Below are positions 55,001-64,000 of a stretch of 64,000 nucleotides of DNA, piece by piece. Both the position numbers and the translations under genes were made by a program. The DNA lies in the NCBI GenBank assembly GCA_964016885.1, contig OZ024762.1, forward strand, positions 27,776,001 through 27,840,000, in the 5' to 3' direction. Positions within the stretch are counted from its first letter, which is position 1; every line of letters begins with the position of its first letter. The notes under the pieces are model-generated. The model was not told where the DNA came from. It was given only the letters and a program-made list of their open reading frames with translations, and ran no database searches. The stretch comes from Eledone cirrhosa. Taxonomy: Eukaryota.

Positions 55001-57000
55001 TCCCTCTGTCACTGCCTCAGTCTCTCCCACTCTCCCTATCTCTCATATACACCAGGTCCAAACTCCCACTGTCACTGCCTCAGTCTCTCCCACTCTCCCC
55101 ACCTCTCATATACACCAGGTCCAAACTCCCACTGTCACTGCCTCAGTCTCTCCCACTCTCCCCACCTCTCATATACACCAGGTCCAAACTCCCACTGTCA
55201 ATGCCTCAGTCTCTCCCACTCTCCCCACCTCTCATATACACCAGGTCCAAACTCCCACTGTCACTGCCTCAGTCTCTCCCACTCTCCCCACCTCTCATAT
55301 ACACCAGGTCCAAACTCCCACTGTCACTGCCTCCGTCTCTCCCACTCTCCCCACCTCTCATATACACCAGGTCCAAACTCCCACTGTCACTGCCTCATTC
55401 TCTCCCACTCTCCCCACCTCTCATATACACCAGGTCCAAACTCCCACTGTCACTGCCTCAGTCTCTCCCACTCTCCCCACCTCTCATATACACCAGGTCC
55501 AAACTCCCACTGTCACTGCCTCAGTCTCTCCCACTCTCCCCACCTCTCATATACACCAGGACCAAACTCCCACTGTCACTGCCTCCGTCTCTCCCACTCT
55601 CCCCACCTCTCATATACACCAGGTCCAAACTCCCACTGTCACTGCCTCAGTCTCTCCCACTCTCCCCACCTCTCATATACACCAGGTCCAAACTCCCACT
55701 GTCACTGCCTCCGTCTCTCCCACTCTCCCCACCTCTCATATACACCAGGTCCAAACTCCCACTGTCACTGCCTCATTCTCTCCCACTCTCCCCACCTCTC
55801 ATATACACCAGGTCCAAACTCCCACTGTCACTGCCTCAGTCTCTCCCACTCTCCCCACCTCTCATATACACCAGGTCCAAACTCCCACTGTCACTGCCTC
55901 AGTCTCTCCCACTCTCCCCACCTCTCATATACACCAGGACCAGACTCCCACTGTCACTGCCTCAGTCTCTCCCACTCTCCCCACCTCTCATATACACCAG
56001 GTCCAAACTCCCACTGTCACTGCCTCAGTCTCTCCCACTCTCCCTATCTCTCATATACACCAGGTCCAAACTCCCACTGTCACTGCCTCATTCTCTCCCA
56101 CTCTCCCCACCTCTCATATACACCAGGTCCAAACTCCCACTGTCACTGCCTCAGTCTCTCCCACTCTCCCTATCTCTCATATACACCAGGTCCAAACTCC
56201 CACTGTCACTGCCTCAGTCTCTCCCACTCTCCCCACCTCTCATATACACCAGGACCAGACTCCCACTGTCACTGCCTCAGTCTCTCCCACTCTCCCCACC
56301 TCTCATATACACCAGGTCCAAACTCCCACTGTCACTGCCTCAGTCTCTCCCACTCTCCCTATCTCTCATATACACCAGGTCCAAACTCCCACTGTCACTG
56401 CCTCATTCTCTCCCACTCTCCCCACCTCTCATATACACCAGGACCAGACTCCCACTGTCACTGCCTCAGTCTCTCCCACTCTCCCCACCTCTCATATACA
56501 CCAGGTCCAAACTCCCACTGTCACTGCCTCAGTCTCTCCCACTCTCCCTATCTCTCATATACACCAGGTCCAAACTCCCACTGTCACTGCCTCATTCTCT
56601 CCCACTCTCCCCACCTCTCATATACACCAGGACCAGACTCCCACTGTCACTGCCTCAGTCTCTCCCACTCTCCCCACCTCTCATATACACCAGGTCCAAA
56701 CTCCCACTGTCACTGCCTCAGTCTCTCCCACTCTCCCTATCTCTCATATACACCAGGTCCAAACTCCCACTGTCACTGCCTCAGTCTCTCCCACTCTCCC
56801 TATCTCTCATATACACCAGGTCCAAACTCCCACTGTCACTGCCTCATTCTCTCCCACTCTCCCCACCTCTCATATACACCAGGTCCAAACTCCCACTGTC
56901 ACTGCCTCAGTCTCTCCCACTCTCCCTATCTCTCATATACACCAGGTCCAAACTCCCACTGTCACTGCCTCAGTCTCTCCCACTCTCCCTATCTCTCACT
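52043..57000. repeat. Minisatellite, 63-bp unit, roughly 78-80 copies
   Basis: Unit CACCAGGTCCAAACTCCCACTGTCACTGCCTCAGTCTCTCCCACTCTCCCCACCTCTCATATA with 65-, 57- and 51-bp variants. Confidence 0.98.
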
Positions 57001-57062
57001 ATTATGAGCAAATTTGGGGCCCATATGCTGGCGGCCCTGGCAGACAGAACAGAGAAGGCAAA

Positions 57063-57246
57063 ATAATTGTTTCTACTTTTGGCACAAGGCCAGCAATTAT
57101 CCAGTACATTACTGGTACTTTATTTTATCGACCCCATAAGGATGAAAGGCAAAGTTAACCTCGGCGGGATTTGAACTCAGAATGGCAAGGGCCGTAACTC
57201 TATGCGTCAAAGCATGGCGTCCAACCCTCTACCGATACTGCCAATA
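57063..57246 (-). mobile_element. Full-length SINE family A copy
   Basis: Sequence match with head. Confidence 0.85.
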
Positions 57247-57322
57247 ATGATAGTTGTACTACATGTTTCATCCTGCTGTCACATAAAACCTGTGTTCTTG
57301 CAACAACAACAAAAAACATGTT

Positions 57323-57712
57323 TTAACCCTTTAGCATTTAAACTGGCCATATCCGGCCAGAATTCTTTCACCTCTTTCTGTTCAAACCAGCTGTAACTGG
57401 CCACTCAAAATAAATATCATCAAAATCTTGTAGATTCCATATTATGTGAGATAATTATGTAATTTTCTGTAAAAATTATGTAATTTACTATGTAAATATA
57501 ATAGTAAATATAGAATAATTGTTTCTACTTTAGGCACAAGGCCAGCAATTACCCAGTACATTACTGGTACTTTATTTTATCGACCCCGTAAGGATGAAAG
57601 CCAAAGTTAATCATGGCAAGATTTGAACTCAGAATGGCGTCCGACCCTCTACCGATACTGCCAATCCACCACCCTATGTAAATATAGAATAATGTAAACG
57701 CTAAGGGGTTAA
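57323..57712. mobile_element. TTAA MITE carrying a nested SINE A (about 57520-57675, minus)
   Basis: TTAACCCTTTAGC ... GCTAAGGGGTTAA; SINE flanked by direct repeat GTAAATATAGAATAAT. Confidence 0.8.
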
Positions 57713-57849
57713 AGTTGTTTTCTGTCAACTGGTGTTGTCACTCTGTTTCTCTTTCTCCCTTTCCTTCTCTGCCTCTTTCACTTTTTCCTTTCCCTGCTCT
57801 CACTTTCTCACACTCACCCACTCTCTCCGTCTATCTATCTCTATATACT

Positions 57850-58130
57850 CTCTCTGTAAAATGACTACTGGTGCCACAATAAAATGCACCCAGTGCACTC
57901 TGTAAAATTATAGACATGATGTCACGATAAAATACACGCAATACACTCTGTAAAGTGATATTCCTGGCACTATGATGACATACACCCAGTACACTCTGTA
58001 AAATGTTGGACATGGTGCCACGATAAAATACACTCAGTACACTCTGTAAAGTGATATTTCTGACACTATGATAACATACACCCAGTACACACTGTAAAGT
58101 TGTAGTGCTGGTGCCACATTAAAATGCAGA
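57850..58130. repeat. Degenerate tandem repeat (CACCCAGTACACTCTGTAAA core, ~44-bp period)
   Basis: Core recurs about 6 times. Confidence 0.7.
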
Positions 58131-58134
58131 CACA

Positions 58135-58530
58135 GAAAATAGAATTAAAATTTAGCTTCGGCATAGGTGTATACATACATGTATGTGAATTTCGTATATC
58201 TAAAGATATATGGTATGTTTAATAATTTAGTTATACTGAAGCTAAATTTTAATTCTACTTTTTTAAGTTAAGCCAACTGATACAGCTTCGTATACAAATG
58301 AGGTTATTCAGCCCAACTGCACAGGCAAAAAAACTATATATTTTCACCTGTAGAGGAAGCATTGTGCTGATTAGAACCATTTAGTTTGAAATGCACAAAC
58401 AATTGTTCCCCCTGCTTCTGCTGGAATCCACTGGATGGCGGTGGCCGTCAGCATTCTATACATAGCTGGGCTTTCAAAATGTTTATTTATTAAACATACT
58501 GTATATCTTTAGATATATGAAATTCATACA
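58135..58530. repeat. Two overlapping inverted repeats
   Basis: TAGAATTAAAATTTAGCTTC/GAAGCTAAATTTTAATTCTA (58140-58258) and GTATGTGAATTTCGTATATCTAAAGATATA/TATATCTTTAGATATATGAAATTCATAC (58181-58530). Confidence 0.75.
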
Positions 58531-58663
58531 CACACACACACACATCTATATATATATATATGCATTTATATATATATATATACTGTATATGAGTTGGAGT
58601 CAATAACCCAACAAAACATAAGTACTTATACATGTCACTGTTGGAACTAATTATATATACATA

Positions 58664-58744
<81 letters not shown>

Positions 58745-59257
58745 TCATCATCACCGTTGAGCATATATATGTGTTTATATATATATATATAATCATCATC
58801 ATCACCGTTTAACGTATATATATGTGTGTGTATATATATATATAAAGTGTACAAATAAAATGTATACATACTTGAACAACATTCTAGTAAATATTGCCTG
58901 CCTGTACAGATAATCAAAGTATATATAAATTGTTTGATACCCTTATATATATATATATAGCTACATATTTATCATTAATGTCGATTGGTATTTTAATCTA
59001 TGATTTTGAATTAATTACTTACTTAATTAGTTCTATATATAAAAATGGAGGAGAAGGGGGATGAAAGAATCTGAAGTGTGCTAGAGTGAGTATCTTGAAG
59101 TTGTTGTTATTACTGTTCATATACGTTTACATGAGGGAGCTTAAAAAATTTTGTGGGAAAAGTACATAACTAAAATTCATATCCAGGCATTTTGATCTCA
59201 ATGCATCTGTACATTCTCATACTAACGTGTCATAACATGTTCTAACATGAACCCTCA

Positions 59258-59475
59258 ACCCTTTAGCATTTAAACCGGTAATATCCGGCCAGAATTCTCT
59301 CCCCTCTTTCTGTTCAAACTGGCCGTAACTGGCCACTCATACTGATGTTAAAGTATTGTGCTCAAAATAAATAATATCAAAATTTTATAGATTCTATATT
59401 ATGTGAAATAATTATGTAAGATAAAGCCTTTACTGTGAAAATATAATAGTAGATATAGAGCAATGTAAATGCATG
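59258..59475. mobile_element. MITE copy, right end damaged
   Basis: AACCCTTTAGCATTTAAACC...; body matches 6934-7153. Confidence 0.75.
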
Positions 59476-59745
59476 TTGCAACGCGGCAGCACCAGTTATA
59501 AGTCACATTTCTACTCCGATTGACTTCAAACTTGCATTTATATATTCCTTGCGTTCTAAAGATACTAACTGCAGCTTTTATTTTTCAATTTTCTGTTGTT
59601 AAGGGGTGTTAGGTGCCGGTTATCGAAGATGATGATGATGATGATATACATATACAAACATATACACATATATAGATATACACATATATACATATAAATA
59701 TACACATATATAGATATACACATATACACATAAAAATATATGTAT

Positions 59746-59792
<47 letters not shown>

Positions 59793-59814
59793 CATACACA
59801 TATATATATATATG

Positions 59815-59847
<33 letters not shown>

Positions 59848-60060
59848 GTATCTGTGTATATATATATATATATAGGTTGCTTTAACCCGTATTTTATTAT
59901 TAAAAAAAGCATTAACCCTTGTGCGCCATTCATCTAACTGTAGACCAACAAATACCAAAAAATGTAGCATTGACAAGAACAATGGCGAATGAATGTTCAA
60001 GATAAGCAGTTTCCTTCTGGGCTGTTAGTTCACGCGGGATTATCTGCTACACCTTTTCGT

Positions 60061-60162
60061 AATAATTGTTTCTACTTTTGGCACAAGGCCAGCAATTATC
60101 CCAGTGAATTACTGGTACTTTATTTTATCGACCCTGTAAGGATGAAAGGCAAAGTTAACCTC
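60061..60162 (-). mobile_element. SINE family A fragment
   Basis: Sequence match. Confidence 0.75.
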
Positions 60163-60264
60163 ACCAAACAACGTACTGCTGGTCACTCCTTCCTCCAAAA
60201 GCCGTACAAAGCATCTCTCTCTCTCTCTCTATCTCTCCCTATATATATATATATTTGTTATAAG

Positions 60265-60560
60265 AACAGATATAAGAACAGCAAAGAATCGCTGCTTTCA
60301 ACTTTAACGGGATCTTCTGTGGATAAAATGTTTTAGTTTCAGAATTTTTTTGTTCTAAGAAGAACAATTTCCTGCAAAGACAAGACCAAGTTTACGGTAT
60401 AAATGGAGTCATTAGACTAATATTCTATTTAAAATAACCGAATGATTTCCAGCCCCGGAGTTTAAGAATGATGTAAATAAAATTGAAAACGAAAATGACA
60501 GAGGTTATTAAAATAGTAAAAGTAAATAGTGAAGATTTAGGCCTGTACATACGCGCCGAC
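60265..60560 (-). mobile_element. Terminal/3'UTR fragment of the 42527-44955 Penelope-like family
   Basis: GCAAAGAATCGCTGCTTTCA..TTAACGGGATCTTCTG is the reverse complement of 44889-44927; 60385-60485 aligns to 42527-42625. Confidence 0.7.
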
Positions 60561-60629
60561 GGACATACATATACATACGCACGCACAAATAGATACACAC
60601 ACACAAACACACACACGCACGCACACACG

Positions 60630-61068
60630 CAAGTGCGTGTGTGTATAAACCTCATGCATTTCTACAGTATTTTCACCAAACTTAAGACATAGGTTATTTA
60701 TGTACTCCGGATGGTCATGGGCACTTTCATTTTTCCAGATATTGATTATAGGGCCTCCCGGCAGATAACCCTCTTCAACCGCTTCCTTGGAGTCGACTGA
60801 AGCATTGCAGTGCAATGCAACAAAATGTCATAACTTGTGGAGTTCGCAACCAATTTTCACAAAACTTGACACATGGGTTACGTTTGTTCTACAGATGAAT
60901 GTGAATTGGCACATATTGAGTAGAGGACCCCTGAGGGCAGGAACCCCCTTTGGGAAGAAGCCGATGATTTTGTAAAAGTATACTTTTCGAAGTAGCACTG
61001 AAGTATTGACATAAATGGTATATATAACTGCTATTTAATACCCGAGCAACGCCCGGTACCTCTGCTAG
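60630..61068 (+). mobile_element. Non-autonomous Helitron/DINE-1-like element
   Basis: ATTTTCACCAAACTT-type cores (60670, 60853), terminal hairpin TACCCGAGCAACGCCCGGTA and CTAG-T end. Confidence 0.55.
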
Positions 61069-61070
61069 TA

Positions 61071-61433
61071 TATTATAAAATAACAGGAGGCTGGACTGGT
61101 GTAATTCCTTGAAAGGTTTATTATACTATGATCATTTCAATGACCGGGTTCAGTATGAATCCGGTGACATCATCAGGTATTCAAAATATAACAAAGGAAT
61201 ATAATTGAGGGCGGCCGACCGAGGTGGAAGCTGCTAAATGTTCAGTCGCCCTCATGTCTCTGATTTTCAACCCCATGGATTTTGTCTATTATATTCCTTT
61301 TTGTTATATTTTGAATACCTGATGATGTCACCCGCTTCATACTGAACCCAGTCATTGAAATGATCATAGAATAATAAACCTTTCAAGGAATTACACCAGT
61401 CCAGCCCCAGTCCAGCCTCCTATTATTTTATAA
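61071..61433. mobile_element. Inverted-repeat element with two hammerhead motifs (61123-61180 -, 61315-61372 +)
   Basis: ATAC CTGATGA TGT-C-ACCGG-ATTCA/TGAAC-CCGGT-C-ATT GAAA TGATCA TA GTAT; arms ~135 bp. Confidence 0.8.
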
Positions 61434-61595
61434 TAATTCACTCCGTACTCGCACCACCAACTACACAAATGAAGACGAGTGAGTTGCATTACGTCGAGTG
61501 CTCTCCATAATATTACATCGAGGTTGACCATACAGAATGACCAGTTCTATCCAGTGGTGAACCAACAAACCTAAATAAATATATATATATATATA

Positions 61596-61917
61596 TAATA
61601 TAAGATCAAAAGATGGTTAAAAGAGTTCCAAGTATTTTATTATGCGCATTTCAAAACCAAATATCATCATGGGATGATATTTGCGTTCTCATCAGATAAA
61701 ATAGGAAAACATGATATGAAGCTTAAAAAACACTTGTGAGCAGTGAAGTTTTAAATCAACATATATGTCTGCTCACAAGTATTTTTTAAGCTTCATATCA
61801 TGTTTTCCTATTTTATCAGATGAGAACGCAAATATCATCCCATGATGATATTTGTTTTTGAAATGCGCATAATAAAATACTTGGAACTTTTTTAACCATC
61901 TTTTGATCTTATATTAT
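61596..61917. mobile_element. Inverted-repeat element with hammerhead motifs (61633-61703 - intact; 61809-61879 + with CAGATGA)
   Basis: TATTTTAT CTGATGA GAACG-CAAATATCATC/GATGATATTTG-GTTTT GAAA TGCGCA TA ATAAAATA; arms ~148 bp, spacer ~26 bp. Confidence 0.85.
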
Positions 61918-62000
61918 ATATACTCCAGTCCTATAAACTGTGGAGTGCTACTTATCCGATATTTGCATTGCTTTATTGTGCTACAATAAAAATCACCTCC

Positions 62001-62031
<31 letters not shown>

Positions 62032-62072
62032 CGTTTCTGAATTTGTTTAGCAACATGACCCTCCCAAAGTAT

Positions 62073-62163
<91 letters not shown>

Positions 62164-62168
<5 letters not shown>

Positions 62169-62372
62169 GTGGTTACACAACAGTTAGTTCACCATACCGA
62201 GAACAATTGTTACACCTTAGCGGATCCTCAGCATTACGAGCTGAGGATCCGCTAAGGTGAAACAATTTTTCTTGGTATGGTGAACTAACTGTTGTGTTAC
62301 CACTTCTACCTAACTCGTCCCATGGACTGATTGCTCTGCCACTACGGATATTACCTTCCAGTGTTCTACAAC
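62164..62372. mobile_element. Inverted-repeat element with hammerhead motifs (same family as 20145)
   Basis: Plus arm CGAG CTGAGGA TCCGCTAAGGT GAAA CAATTT TT CTTG; minus arm has CAATTG but GTAA in place of GAAA. Confidence 0.75.
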
Positions 62373-62374
62373 TA

Positions 62375-62670
62375 TATATATATATATATATATATGTGTA
62401 GGTATGTATGTCTGACAGGTATAATCATGTGTATGGGTGTAGTAAGTAGGCTCATATTTGTGTAAGTGTATATGTATGTGTGTGTATGTTCATGTATGTG
62501 TATGTGTCTATGTATGCGTGTATATACATTTCAATATATATGAGTACATATATATATATATCTATGTGTGTGAATGTATAGGTCTGTATATATATACATA
62601 TGTGTGTGTATGTATATATATATATATATATGAGTGTGTATGTATGTATATATGTGTGTGTGTATAGGTG

Positions 62671-62701
<31 letters not shown>

Positions 62702-62712
62702 ATGTATAGGTG

Positions 62713-62773
<61 letters not shown>

Positions 62774-62777
62774 ATAG

Positions 62778-62833
<56 letters not shown>

Positions 62834-62844
62834 TTGCATAGGTG

Positions 62845-62887
<43 letters not shown>

Positions 62888-62898
62888 TTGCATAGGTG

Positions 62899-62951
<53 letters not shown>

Positions 62952-62955
62952 ATTT
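62375..62955. repeat. (TA)n/(TG)n microsatellite
   Basis: Directly visible. Confidence 0.95.
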
Positions 62956-63129
62956 GTCTCACCATATGTCCACATCTACAGAATTGGCTGAAATATTCAA
63001 CTCAACAGAAAGAAAGACCCTTTATGTAGAAGAAAGTCCTTAATTTGAGGAAGAATTCCCTACTTCAGTTAAAACATATGGTTCTTTGTGAGAGAGGGGC
63101 AAATTGGGGGTGGGTGGGGTTGGCATCAT

Positions 63130-63900
63130 GATGGTTCTGGCAGTAGTGGGTTTAGTGGTGGTGGTGGTCCTAGTAGTAGCTATGGTGATGGTGATGTGGA
63201 TGATGGTTAAGCTGGTGGCGGTGGTGATGGTGGTGGTGAAGTAGTAGTTGCTATGCTGGTGGTGGTGATGGTATTGGTGTTGATAGGATGGTGGTGGTGG
63301 TGGTATTGGTAGGATGGCGGTGGTGGTGATGGTATTGGTGTTGGTAGGGTGGTGGTGGTGGTGGTGATGGTATTGGTGTTGGTAGGGTGGTGGTGGTGGT
63401 AGGATGGTGGTGGTGGTGGTGATGGTATTGGTGTTGGTAGGATGGTGGTGGTGGTGATGGTATTGGTGTTGGTGGTGGTGGTGGTGGTGGTAGGATGGTG
63501 GTGGTGATGGTATTGGTGTTGGTAGGATGGTGGTGGTGGTGATGGTATTGGTGGTGGTGGTGGTGGTAGGATGGTGGTGGTGGTGGTGGTGGTGGTGGTG
63601 GTATTGGTGTTGGTAGGGTGGTGGTGGTGGTGGTGGTGGTAGGGTGGTGGTGGTGGTGGTATTGGTGTTGGTAGGGTGGTGGTGGTGATGGTTCTGGCAT
63701 TGATTGTGGTGATGGTAGTAGTGGCTATGCTGCTGGTGGTGGTGGTATATGAGGGTATTGGTGTTGGTAGGGTAGTGGTGGTGCTGGTGCTAGTGCTAAT
63801 AGGGATGATGGTGATGTTGATGTTGATGATGATGATGATGATGGGAGGAAGAGGGGGAGCGTGTGATAGTGGAGGGTGCTAATGTGTTGATGATGATGGG
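63130..63900. repeat. (GGT)n-based degenerate repeat
   Basis: Directly visible; recurring GATGGTATTGGTGTTGGTAG subunit. Confidence 0.95.
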
Positions 63901-64000
63901 AGGAGGAGGAAGAGGGTGTGATACTGTGGGGGTAGGGCTATTGTGTTTGATTTCTGCAAGTGGTGTGGTGGGCAGGGTGTGCCTCAGACGCTCTACTATA

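Noticed and set aside
52043-57000. CRISPR-like array
   Set aside because: No unique spacers, no cas genes, eukaryotic context.
52009-57066. 1685-aa and 1655-aa ORFs
   Set aside because: By-product of a stop-free 63-bp tandem unit; 65-bp variants shift frames freely; no splice or domain evidence.
58360-58400. TTGTG CTGATTA GAAC/GTTT GAAA TG CACAA
   Set aside because: G8 is missing and there is no stem III or UH; cannot be supported.

Overview
Eukaryotic, AT-rich, microsatellite-dense animal DNA. The SINE/LINE repertoire suggests a cephalopod (octopus-like) genome (inference). The only host protein gene I can support is a dystroglycan orthologue on the minus strand: 4 coding exons (9030-8806, 6904-5680, 4577-2457, 1492-327), GT-AG sites and phases consistent, about 1578 aa. 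It has a greatly expanded Ser/Thr/His-rich mucin region and a Ser-Gly repeat. The remaining ~55 kb is decayed mobile DNA: a Tx1/L1-clade LINE, an RTE LINE with three C2H2 fingers, RTE-X-type fragments, two Penelope-like (RT/GIY-YIG) remnants, Helitron and mariner fragments, a TTAA-flanked MITE, two tRNA-derived SINE families and a 5-kb 63-bp minisatellite. The most notable hidden structure is a set of about 15 minimal type I hammerhead-ribozyme motifs (stem I-CUGANGA-stem II-GAAA-6-nt palindrome-UH-stem I) from several unrelated short element families. They sit in or beside (TA)n tracts, often as outward-facing inverted pairs, and many share a C.C mismatch three pairs into stem II. All calls are by eye. 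Repeat boundaries are approximate and ribozyme activity is untested.
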